Position numbers and translations under genes: made by a program. This document shows, in pieces, positions 43,975-57,100 of a DNA stretch of 64,000 nucleotides; position 1 is the stretch's first letter; each line of letters begins with the position of its first letter. Source of the DNA: Callorhinchus milii (Eukaryota); the NCBI RefSeq assembly GCF_018977255.1, contig NW_024704742.1, positions 115,074,001 to 115,138,000 on the forward strand. The letters run 5' to 3'. A model generated the notes under the pieces. That model searched no databases. It was not told the DNA's origin and was given only the letters and a program-made list of their open reading frames with translations.

Positions 43975-44265
43975 GGGGGGGTGTGTGTGTGTTGGGGTGT
44001 TGGGGTGTGTGTGTCTGTGTTAGTGTGTGTGGGTGTTGGGGTGTGGGTGTTGGGGTGTGTGTGTCTGTGTTAATGTGTGTGTTGGGGGGGGGTGTGTCTG
44101 TGTTAGTGTGTGTGTTGGGGTGTGTGTGTTGGGGTGTGTGTGTGTGTGTTGGGGTGTATGTGTGTGTGTGTGTGTTGGGGTGTATGTGTTGAGGGGTGTG
44201 TGTGTGTGTTGGGGTGTAGGTGTGTTGGGGTGTGTTGGGGTGTATGTGTGTGTGTGTGTTTTGGG
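43975..44265 (+). repeat. (GT)n/TTGGGG compound microsatellite
   Basis: Directly visible. Confidence 0.95.
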
Positions 44266-46904
44266 GGAAAGAGAAAGGGGTTTTGGAGAGTCAGGTATGA
44301 AATGGCTGGTGTTTGAGGTGAGGAAGTGGCTTCACTCTCACTCCCTCATTCCCTCACTTGGAGTTGTTCCCCGAGGTGGTGCCCAGCCTGGCCTGGCCTG
44401 GCCCCACCCCCACCTCCACCCCCACTTTGGGTGGGTGTCCGCAGGGAGAAGAAAAGAGGAAACGGGGGAAAAAGGTTGACTTTTTTTTTGCTGCTACTTT
44501 TTACTTTTGTTAAAAAAACATTTTTAAATATTTTTTTTGCCCCTTGTGAACATGACGAGCAGCTTAACCGAAGTACAATACAGGGTTTCGTTTCGTTTTA
44601 TGGGTGGAGGTGTTAAGAGTTCAGAGTGGGTTTGTTGGTCTGTTGCTTCGTGCCCTTGAAATGTGAGTGAGTTTTTCTATCAGGTGTTTTTTTACACCCA
44701 AATTCTCGGTTATTTTGGTCGTTGATTTTATTTATTCCTCTCTCATTTCATAAAACTGGACTGTGTGTGTGTGTGGGGGGGAGAGGTGTGTTAAGCAAGT
44801 TCAATACGTGATCCTTGTGGAGGGAACTGCCACAGAATCAATTTTGACCAGATAACTTTTTTCGTTTTTAAAGATAATCTTGGGACTTTTGTGGAGTATT
44901 GAGGAAACCTGGAAATCTTTTGTCTTGACTTGGTTTTGCACTGCAGGCCTGTACCTGATCAGGGAGTGTCGCTTCATGCCTCTTAGTTTCTCCCACAGTT
45001 CACCATGAGTACTGGCAGCTAAATAACTGGGTTGTTTTCTTACCCTACCCCCAACGAAGTGTGGGGGGTAATTGTCCAGTTAGTTACCCTGAGCAATACT
45101 TCTGTACCTAGTTACACCACCCAGTTACTCTGGCTTTGGGAGGCATTATTCTAAATTTGGCATTTTACTCGGGAAATAGTCAGAGAGGTAGAATTCTCTC
45201 TGGTTAAGTGCTATCAATAATAATGCGTCAATAACGAATGCATAATTTCCATGTTTTATATTGGTGATGAGCATGAAGACCCTCAGGGAGTGTAGAGATT
45301 CATTGTCTACTCTTAACGGTCTGAACCATTCAAAATTGATTGATTCACATCTGCAGTGTCTTGTTCATTGTTCTCAATATTAAATAGAAATTGTGTACAT
45401 CTACAAAAAAAACTTTTGGAAACAAGCATGGAAAATGCTAGATGGCTAAGTTTAGTATTGTCACTTTTTTTTAAAAAAAGGCTGAAACTTTTCATTTAAT
45501 GTGAAATGATTCAGCTGCTTGATTGTTGAATTTAACCAATTAAAATGAATGAATGAGCATTCTATCAATATTTAGTGTTGAGATCAAACCAAAATGCTAT
45601 AGATATGTGGCAAATTTGATTATATTTTGATTGCTGGTCATAATGGGCGCTTTAGCTATAAATTATAATTTGGAGTAGTTGGGTTACTGTTGCGCAGAAA
45701 TAAATTGCAGATCTTTTGACAAAACGCAGTACTACAACAACAACTTGCATTTATATAGCTCCCTTCACGATGGATGGCGTCACAGAGTGCTTAATGCCTG
45801 TGAGTTCCCCACACAGCCAGTTCACCGCATACTAGCAGCTAAAGAATTGGGTCTTTGGAATTGGACATCATAAAGAATTACTACTTGAAAATGATTTTCA
45901 TATGTGTTGATTGTGTACGTCTGATCTCTCCTCACATTTCTACAGTTTCCACTTTGGAATTGACTCTCCAAAACAGCTGGGCTGGCTTTTAATGTAATAG
46001 CACGGAAATCTAAATTTTAAAAATAGACTTTGCTCTGCACTAAAATGACATGACTCCTGGTGCAACTCTAAGTTGTGTGAAATGGATGGCTACAGATTCA
46101 AATTGTACTAGGCTGCTCTTTCTACTATAGTCGAATCGCCTGCTAACACCGTGTCTCGGTGTATACGTGACAGATTGTTATTTAGGTGGAGGGTCTTTGG
46201 AACTGGACATCATCAACAGGCAGCACCTTTTAGGAGAGGACAAGAGCTGAAATGCAAAAATTGGTAAACTTATTTTTTTAAAAAGTGTATTTATTTTGGA
46301 GATGCTTTTTTGGCAATGTTGAAGTCCACAGTTTCTTTAAAGTAATATATAATATTTCTAGGACACAAAGTATGATTGGCATTAAAGGAAATCTTGAGAT
46401 ACTGGCAATTAACTTTGTACAGTTTGTGATCTGCTTTGTTTTATTTTTCAGTTAATGCAAGAGTTTGAGACTTTGAAATCCAAACATTACAAATTCAGCT
46501 TGGTGATGCCAGAACTGCTGAGTGGCAGTGTGAGAGGTACCTATCCATTAAATAATAATTCTTGCGTTTGGTGTAGCGCCTTTCATGTCAGGAGGACGTC
46601 CCAAAGTGCTTCATAGGAACTGCCAGTTTTAATGTCCCACTGCCACCTTAGGTGAGATCAGTGAACTCAGCAGAGACTAAGCAAAGAATCAGAGACCTTC
46701 CTGCTTGAAAAACTCAATACTACAGAGAATAGGGCAGCGGGGGCAGCTATTTTTGATTCTTAATTGCTATCCAGAGACTTGTACTGAAAGATAAATGTGA
46801 GTGTTAAGTAAGGACAGGCGTGAATTTGACAATATTGTATCTGTGCCAATGTTAACTATGAGCATTAAATCAAGGTCATTTATTTTCAGGGAAATTAAGT
46901 ATCA

Positions 46905-48110
46905 ATGTCTTCGGGAGCATCTTCAGGTCAGAGATCTAGAGCTTTTCAAGTGGCTCAGAGAAATCGTGAACCAGTACCCCATTATGACGAGGTCCCACGT
47001 GAGATTAGGTCATTCGATCCATATCTTCAGGGTAACCTAACTTCACCAGAGCCTAGATTTCTACATGACTGTGAGTTGGCAACCAGTGCAGACCCACTGC
47101 CACCACCTCCGCTACCCCTGCAGCCTGCTGTCGGCCCCGAATTCTACTTGCCTGAAGATGACGACCCAGTCACTTCTCTAGAGTTGAAACCAGTCCGACG
47201 ATTTATCCCAGATTCTGTGAAGAACTTCTTCAAAGCTAAAAACGATGATCAACAAAATGACATGACTTCTACCAATTACATAAGTGATGGAGTGGAGTGC
47301 TCCCCACCAGCCTCTCCTACTGCTTCTGCGAAAGAGCTATCCAAGAGCAATCAGCACAGATCGGCTGCCAATTCCTACATGGATCCATACGGGGGATCCG
47401 GAGGAAGCTACAACTCGCGGAAAGAGGTCGAAGCCATGCTTCCTCGAGACCCCTACGACTCACTGGATCGTCATACCCGCACTGTGCAGAGCTATAGTGA
47501 GAAGGTGCAGGTGTACCACATGAAGTATTCTTATATGAAATCTTGGGCTGGCTTATTAAGAATCTTAGCTGTAGTTGAACTGCTGTTTGGAGCCGCAGTT
47601 TTTGCCTGTGTGTCTGCTTATATACACAAGGACAATGAATGGTACAATATGTTTGGTAACTCCCGCCCATATGGTTATGCTGCCAGCAGTTTGCAAGGAG
47701 GATACTACTATGACGGACCAAAAACTCCTTTTATTATTGTTGTTGCAGGCTTGGCATGGGTAATCACCATTGTTTTACTTGTCCTGGGCATGTCCATGTA
47801 CTATCGCACCATCCTACTTGACTCCAACTGGTGGCCTTTGACAGAGTTTGCGATTAATGTTGTCCTATTCATTCTCTTCCTGGCTGCTGCAATAGTGTAT
47901 TTGAATGATATAAACCGCGGCGGCCTTTGTTATTACCCTCTCTTCAATACTCCATTAAATTCCACGTTTTGCCGTGTGGAAGGAGGACAGACAGCTGGGG
48001 TCATCTTCCTGTTTGTTACCATGTTCCTGTATCTAATCAGTTCCATCGTGTGCTTAAAGCTGTGGAGACATGAATCAAACAGGCAACATCGGGAAGCGAT
48101 GGAACAAGAG
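46905..48110 (+). CDS. MARVELD2: MARVELD2 large first coding exon (N-terminal tail plus MARVEL domain)
   Basis: Acceptor at 46888-46889, ATG at 46905, GAG|GTAAGT donor. Confidence 0.97.
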
Positions 48111-51100
48111 GTAAGTATTTGTTTTAAGAATAAGAAGTGAGGTTTGAACTCCCCTGAGTGTTCATCAGGAAGTGCTTTGCTTGGTTGATACTGATCCACG
48201 CAAACCACGAAGATTCCTGGTTCATTCTCGCCTGTGCTCAATTAGGTTGCCTCAACCAAATAACTTAGGTTGCATTAGACATATTACAGCTAATTTCTGA
48301 ACCCTTAGATTACACTGGTGGAGGACAGGGGTCAAATCAATTGGGATTCTTGATCTTGGAGGGTGTTCCGAGAAGTATGAATGTGGACACTGGAAGGGTG
48401 AAATCTCTATTGGCGTAGCTTAAAAGACCTTTCTTAAAATTCAAGCAAACAAATATTTTGTGCATTACATGTTTTTTTAAGAAGATTGAACTAAAAATCA
48501 TAAATGGCTGGATAGTCTGATTTGCGATCCTTCACAAAATATAGATTAAAAGTTTACCAACCGAGCTCCTCAGTGGTTTAGTCGGTAAGGGTTCCATTTG
48601 ATATATCACTAAACTATACACACTGGAGATCTTGGGTTTGATCCCTGACTTGTACTGAGTTGCTATTAGTTGGATCGTGATTTTGTTTAACTCCCTTGGG
48701 TTTGGGAGATTCAAAATCTGCCTGAGTTCCTGATCACTATCCTGTGAGTTCCAACTGGAAAATGCACATGCAGGAATGTTGGGTGAGAGATCCATACTTG
48801 AATAGCCCGGCAACACTGCTCATAAAGAGCTACGAGCTGTATACAATAGATTGGTACTAGATGGAAAAACACCGCAACATTATCCTCTAAGTTTGTACAT
48901 TTAGGCTAGCTAGGTATCTTTGTTTGGAAGCAACTTGCCTTGTTTCAGCAAAGCCCAAAACTTCGCAAATTCATTCAAACTGGTGTAACTTTTTGGCATT
49001 ACTCCAGTGTCCAAATAACCTACCAAATTCAAGTAGATTGCCAGTTTTAAAATTGCTTTAATGAACAGGTTGAATCGTAACTTCCCCTTTTCCCTGGCAT
49101 TTACATCTGATCAATACTCTCTCCATGCAAAATGTTGGATTAATAATAATCCTTGCATTTGATTGTTATCATGTCGTTGAGACGTCTCCGAGAACTTTAC
49201 ATGATATACTGTAAAGTATATCCACAGCTATGGGGTGAGTGATCAATTTTATTTGGGGGATTGTTGGCCAGGATACCAGGAGCGAGAAACTCCCTTCTCT
49301 TTTTGAATAATGCTATAGGTTCTTTAACACCCACCTGCACAGGCAGATGAGAACTCGGTTATACATCTCATCTGAAGGAATAAAATGAGTTGTCAGAATT
49401 TCACTTTTATATTTCAGCTCTGGAGGCTTGAAATTCAAGAGTCGAGCCATGTTATAAAAGCAATGGTTTGAGGGAGTGGGGGGGGCCATAAAATCCTAAC
49501 CAGTGCTATAATATGGCACAGTTGTTGATCGGACCTTTTACATTCACTAAGCGTACAGTCCAGTCTTCCATCCCCCCAAAAAATAGTTGTTTCTGGGTCA
49601 CCAAATCGCGCATGTGCAGGAAGTGACATGAGCAGTACCCTGATGACCTTGCCGTCGGCCATTTCAGTAGCGCACTGCATGTCGGTATGTGGGAAATCAA
49701 GATGGATGACTTCCGTGGTGTCATATGCTATCGCCAGTGAGCTGATAATGTTTGTAAAATAGGCTTTTTTTTAAAAAAAAACACTTGGTGATCGCTTTCT
49801 GCCCGCATTTTGGATTTTCGTAAGTAGATGTCAGGGTCCACATGACAATTGCATTTTAAGCGAAATCACATTAAAACGTGTCGTAACTGGTCTCTACTGC
49901 AGTTGCCAAACTTCGGGCTGCTGTTATTTTTACATTCCCTCTGCATCGCCAAAGGGCATTTGCAGCAAAATGATATTCAGGACTAACTAACATCATGCAG
50001 GTATTACAGATATCACGTGTAAAACATCATTAGAAATGTATTTCTCGTGACTCTCACTTTCACAAAATACAATAGAGGCCCACATATGCACCTGAATACT
50101 TTGTTCCTGTTTTTTTCCATAGATTGACCACAGTTATTTAATTAAGAATCAAATGGCATTATTTGAAAAGAGAAGGGAATTTCTCTCTCCCAGTGTCTTG
50201 GCCAACAACCTACCAAATAAAATTGGTCACTCACTCCATAGTTGTTTGTGGGACCTTGCTGTGCACAAACTGCTGCTGCATTTCTCCCACAAAACACATA
50301 GTCATCCCACTTTACAGTATATTATGTGAAGCTCTATGATATGTCTCAATGATGTGATAATGTGATATATCAAATGCAAGGATTAGTTATTATTAAATGT
50401 ACCTGACTGCTTTTATTGGTGTACATTTCCATAGCTGTTAATGTCCTCCAATACTTTATCTAAGCATCTATGAGGGAGTGTTGTCAGACTATTTGACTGT
50501 GGGGAACATGACAGCTGAGCCCTAACTTGTCCTCATCTGAAATGTATACACTTTTCAGCAGAGGTTTCTGGATGCTAATTGGCATTAGAACCTGGCTGAT
50601 TTTGTTATTCACAAACACTCCCTGACTCCCAAGGTGCTGTTAAAATTGGTGAACTTAGCTCAGATAGAAGTCGGAAACCTTTGCTTTGTTGTATGGCCCA
50701 ATGGTCATCAGGCTGAACCTTTCCACTTTAGGTCATCAATGGAGGGTTTGTTTCACTTTTCGCTTCTTTTGTTCCTCGTTTATTTTCCTTTTTTTTGTTC
50801 TGCTTTACTAATTTCTGCTTGGCTGTCTAAGGATTGCTTTTGCTTGTGACTTCATCTCTTTGTGCAATTCAGTCATTTCTTGTTTTAATTCTGTGTGTCT
50901 CACCGACCATTCGTTTCTGACTGACTTTAAATTGAGGGGGAGTGTTCGGTTTCATACCAGAGTAATGGCACCATGTTTTATCCACAATCCTTAGTGAAGA
51001 ACCACAGTATAGCATATCACTGGAGGTGGAAGAGCAGTTTCATGCTGACATAGAAGCATTGACCTTCAAAACATTGAGCTGTAGGAACTAATCCATTGAA

Positions 51101-54100
51101 CTATAGAATAAAACATGAACCTTGCCCAAAATCACACCGAGTGAATAAGCTATGGTGGTTCAGATTTTGGATTCACAAAAATATGGATATGAAAGCAATT
51201 CCCTGTAGTGGGTAATCTGGAATAGGAGTATTCCCTCTAATATTGGAGAAAATAAGGAGATTAATACCAGTGAAGAGCATTGATTGCTGTGTGTTAGAAT
51301 CTTACAGCACAGAACGAGGTGCCTGTGCCGGTTCTTTGAAAGAGCTATCCAGTAAGTTCCTCTCCCCGCTCTTTCCCCATAGCCTTGCAACTTTTTCCTT
51401 TTCAGATATGTGTTCAATTCCCTTTTGAAAGTTATTATTGATTTTGCTTCCACCACCCTTTCAGCAGTGCATTCCAGATCGTAACAACATGCTGCATTTA
51501 TAGATATATATATAAAAAAATCTCATCTACCCTATAGTCCTTTTGCCAATTATCTTAAATTTGTGTCTTTTGGTTACTAACCCACCTGTTGATAGACTAT
51601 ACTAATTACACTTATCTGTTGGTACCAAGTGTAATTTCTCCATGTCTGTCTGACCTCTCTCCAGCCTTCCATCCTGTTTTTCTGTGACTTCTGCCCCAGT
51701 TTCGGATGTAACCAACTGTGTCATGTTCTGCTGCCAAATTTGCAATTTTTTAACCATGTGGTGGCCTGAGGCACTGTGACCTGTGGAGAAGAGGAGGGGA
51801 GAAATTGTGTACGTTTACAATATCCTTGCCTGTTCAGGCATACACAAAAGATCTCATGGCAATATTTGTAAAGGGAAAGGAGTTCCTCCCAGTGTCCTGG
51901 CACCAATCTCCACCCACCCCCCAATAAAAATGCATATTCACTTCATGGGACATTGCTGGTCATAAATTGGCTGCAGTGTTTCGCCAACAAACAAGGTGTG
52001 ACTAATCCTTAACAGAAAAAGTTATGTGAAGTGCTTTGAGATTACAACAGTGTAATCTGAAGTTTTAATCATGTTTGAATTTGGGTCAATTTAACCTGAT
52101 TCTGATGTTTCCCAAAACCTGCGCTGTGCACCTTCCAGAAGTGTGTTTGCTGGTTAACAATCCAGGGAAGGAGGAGGTGCCACTGTTTTCTTCTCCGTCC
52201 CCCTTTCTCCCCCCTATCCCCACTGTCTGGACTTGGCAAAGATGCGTGCAGTAGTCCCTAACTTTTATTGCTCATCACAGTTATCTATGCTGCCCCTCTT
52301 TCCTCCCTGCCCCCGACAGAAAACACTAACTTGTTGTTTTGAACTGCAGCTCTTATATCTAAAATGATGCTCTCGATGAACAGCAATACTGACAGCTTGA
52401 CATTGATTGCTCCGTAAGACACCAAACTGATTACATTTAATGTGTTCTCCTATGTTTTTCCTAGATGAGAATGACGGAAACTGGAGCACCAAGGGTAACG
52501 GTAAGTGAACTTTGTTAAAGAACTTCGTAAAGTCCTTAAAAATTCTTAATCAAACGATTAAGAATTTTTAAGGACACACTTTCAGTCTGTCTGTCTTTTG
52601 TGGTATAAGAGCTTGTTTTACTTGCTGTATTTAAAACAGAGCCTTGGTGTGTGATCTTTTTCATGTTTAATTGAGTAGAGGCTGACCTCTACCACTATGA
52701 TGAGATTCCAAATAAACTTGTAACAGAGAGAAATGCTTTGTGCCAAGGTTTCTCGATGTGTTCTCACTGATCCCTTTAAGATCAAATAAAAAGAGGGCGT
52801 TTCTGAAGAATACTCGCACCCGTTGACCTTGAAAGAAATAAAGTAGCGTTTAAAGTATTTTTTGAGAAACCTTATTGAACCCATACTGCAACAACAGCAA
52901 GAACTTGCATTGATTAACTTGCATTGCATTTACGTGGTGGTGTTTCGGAGTGCTTACGTTGTAGGATGTGAGCAAGTTTGAAAATAGTAAAAGAGAAAAT
53001 CATTGTTAAGCTTGAATTTTAAAAGCTGTAGATCGTAATTGGAAGACTGAGGGAGGAAAGGAATTCTACAGAATTGTGAGAATAATTTGTAAAAGACAAT
53101 GTGAGTATTAAGTTCAAAAGAATAAGAAGGTGCAGCGTAGACAGAGTATATAAATTAGCACATTTGGAACTTGACTCCTGTGATTGAAAAGCCTGACAAC
53201 ACTTATCATCAAGGCGTAAATCATGCAATGTCTGCAATTGTCCAAGGCACTATTGATGACAGACCAGCTAGCATGGCACATCAGTGGGTCTTGGAGGAGT
53301 ACACTAGGGGCAGGGATTATTTCCTGCTTGGCTCCTTACAAGCCAAGGATCTAATGGCTAAGATAATTCTAGCTGGACAAGCAGCATGAACTTTGCCAGA
53401 CAGTGCTGTCGATGGCAAGCTATGTGGTTTTAGCTGGTTAAATTCCATCAGTACCCCAAACACCACTCTGGGTCCCCAAACCTTGATCTTGCGTGCCTGT
53501 GTCTAATAATCCCTGGAGTAGATCAACAACAACTTGCATTTATATACTATCTTCATGGGGCCCTCATTGGCAGAGCTTGATGTCGAGCCAGGGAGAAAGC
53601 ATGGGCACCAATGGGATTTTTGGAGGCCAAAGCAAAGGGGGCAGGTAGAGGAGCGGGGTGTAAGCAGGTTGGAAAGGTAGGGAAGTGTCAGGGTATGAAA
53701 TTATTTGTACATGGGAGTGAGGATCTTGAAAGTGATCTGTTCCATAATTCGGAGCCCATGAAGCCTGGCAAAGACTGGGTTATGGGTGTGCAGCGGTTAG
53801 TACTGGTGAAGATACAGATGGTGGGAGTTTTGAATTAATTGGATTTTATGAATGGGGGGCTCCGAGATGCTACTCAGCATAAAGGGTGCTTTTTAAATGC
53901 AAGTTGTTGTTGTATGGCTCTCCCTTTCCCCTCTACCTGCACCCCCCCACCCCCGCAAGCGATTGCGCACATCTAATTTATTTTGGTTTCATTCTTAAAT
54001 TCTAGCATAATGATGCTCCTGTGAGAGAAGAGAGATCGATGGCAGCTGATACGAACCACAAACAACTGAGACCTATTGAAACCAGACCAGAGGTAATGAG

Positions 54101-57100
54101 TGGCTACATTCCTGCAGGGCATATTCCAAAACCACTTGTGATGGCAGACTACATAGCGTGAGTATAAGTTCATTAACATCAACTCCACATTAGATAGTGT
54201 GTCTTGCCTGAGTAGGAGGGGTTAATTGGCAAAAGGAATGATAAACACACGGATAGTTTTTTCTGTAACCTTGAGCTGAGGGTGTTTTATAACTTAAGAT
54301 ATATGCAACGGGATCTCCAGCTTCACACCCAGTTTACGCGTCTCTCGACTAGATTATCCAGTCAGACACACAGCTAAAGGGCTGAACTCTTACATTAAGT
54401 TACCACAGAAACTGGTTTTCTGTTCCACACGGAATATGTGATAACATTCAAGGAGTACGATGATGCCATACATTCTAGGCATCGTTTACAAGATTTTTAT
54501 AGATCATTCTAATGGTAGTAATGGTAGCAGAATCAAGGAAATTTGCTTTAATATCAAGTGACTCTGCTCCAGGCGTTTCTCTGATATTTATGACAGAGTT
54601 AATGGGGGGGAGGGTTATCAAGTAGTTTTAAAAGCCCTGTGCATGCTGAAGTTAACATGGCCGTTGGTAGCTGAGAAGTTGAAGCAGCTTTGCTGCCTCT
54701 GGAAATACAGTCCCAGTAGCTCAGCCAGATATTGGCCTTTAATGTATGGAGAAAACTTGTTTCAATGCCAATCCAGCTGTTCAGACATGATGAGTTCAGT
54801 AAGTTCCATCTGTGCTGAAAGTTTTCAATTATGTGATTGTAAATCAGAACAAACAAAAAAAAAGGATGTTACGCTATTTGTTGAGTAGTGGTTTTTGCCT
54901 GATGCTATTAATCTGATAACATCAGCAGTATGGTGCTTTTACAAACTATGGTATTGAAACTCAAATGTTTTAAATATATGATTTTTTGTTTAGTAAGTAC
55001 CCTACAATTCGCTCACCTGAGGAGCGGGAAAGCTACAAGGCTGTGTTTAATGACCAACATTCAGAGTACAAAGAGCTTCACGCTGAGGTGCAAGCTGTAA
55101 TGAAGAAGTTCAATGACATGGATGTCATGATGAGCAGACTACCTCGACACGCAGGGAACCAACAGGTCAGCAAACTGGATTGGGGAGTGGGTATGAAATC
55201 AATGATCAGATCTGATTTTTTAATACTGCGTGAAATGAGATCCATTTTCAATCTAAAAACCTGACATAGAAAAGGCAATCCAACTAATCCTGATGGATGA
55301 CCCTGTATTTCAATAGTAGGCTGTACTGCTGTCTGCCCACCAAGCTTTATGCAGTGCTATCGTAGTCTATGGGTTCCCATGATTCTGGTGGATTAAGGAA
55401 GTCTTTAATAGTGTTTATTATTATATAGGAATGTTGCCGATCTACCATCTATTCTTTACATTAGAATATGAAGCAGAAATAAGCCATTCGCCCCAACTAT
55501 TCCTTGTTGCCCAAACGTTATTTGGATGATTTGTCAGATGGAGCTACTTTCCATAGCTGGGGGAGTTGGCACCTGCTCAATTTCAGTGGTATGTACAATG
55601 TGACAACAGTTGCTAGGAAGTCCTGGAAGATCAATAGGTGGGCTCAATGCCAATTTCTAAGCAAGGCATGACAATGGCCAATATCCTATGGTCTATGGGC
55701 CAGAATCAACTTCACAAGGTGACATTACTGACACATTCTGCACAATGCACAGGAAATAACATCAGCAGTGACCTCTGATAGCTCCCGTTTTCCATTGTTG
55801 ACCCTTTTTTTTAGATGGGAAAGCAGGTACTTGTGCCTGACACCAGGTGTTATAATGGGGAGAGCGTAGATTCATGCTATAAGTGATGCTATGCTGTACC
55901 AAACGGCAATATAATGGGATAATAGATTATTTCCACTGATCAGTGAGTCAGTAACAAGAGCACAAATTAAAGATGATCACAAAAAGAATTAAAAGGGAGG
56001 CGCCCCAAAAATGTCCTTACACAGAGGATAGGTTGGAAATAGAATTTTGTGCCACAAACTGCTGTTAAAGCAGAGTCCATAAATTTGTTTTAAAAGGTAA
56101 TTTTTTGATTAAATAATGAGGAATGTTGAAAGTGCATAGGGAATGAGCTGCATAGTTAGTATGTGCTCTGAACCTTTGAATAAAAATATACTTCAGAAAT
56201 CCTTCAAAATACCAGTCCATGGATTACCTCCTAATACCAGCAGCTAAATCTATCTAATTTGAAGTTGATTATTCTCGTTCTAGAGCACAATGAAGAAACA
56301 AATTTAACACTTGCTTGGACATGTAGTTGTTTATTTTGAGCTAAAATCTATGATAAACTCATGCTGTCTGTTCAAGTAGTGCCGATGTATCATTCAGTTT
56401 TAAACTAAGATAATGCAAGATCACTTCCTACACAAATCTAATAGACAAAAACAAATCTATTACAGAAAAAAATAATTTAATACAGTAACAACCAATTTGT
56501 ATGCCTGGAGCCTTTCACATTGGAAGAATGTTCCAAGACTAAGTGGAAAGCTGGGTGCTGCTACGGCACTACGACAGACTACGGCATTACCTCACCCCTC
56601 ACGCTGCTGAAACACTGGTCCACGCCTTTATCACCTCAAGGCTGGACTACGGGAACTCTCTCCTCGTCGGCCTTCCCGGCACCTCCCTCCACAAGCTGCA
56701 GGTCATTCAGAACTCTGCAGCTCGTGTACTGTCCCGCACCAGGCTTCGCGACCACATCACTCCCACCCTCGCTCGCCTCCACTGGCTTCCCATCCCCCAG
56801 AGGATTGAATTCAAGATCCTCATCCTCACCTACAAGGCCATTCACGGCCTTGCTCCCTCCTACCTCTCCAACCTACTATCCCCCTACTTACCTGCCCGTA
56901 CCCTCCGTTCCTCTGGCTCCGGTCTGCTCCACATCCCCCGCCCCAACGGGCCTTCAGCCTCTAGGCTCTGGAACTCTATCCCCCAGTGCCTTCGCCTTGC
57001 CTCCTCCCTTTCCTCCTTCAAGGCCGGTCTCAAGACCTTTCTCTTTGACCGTGCCTTCAGCTCCCCTCTCGACTCTCTACCCCCTCCTCACTCCCTCCCT

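Noticed and set aside
43983..44479. Cys/Val/Gly-rich ORFs
   Set aside because: Translations of a (GT)n microsatellite.
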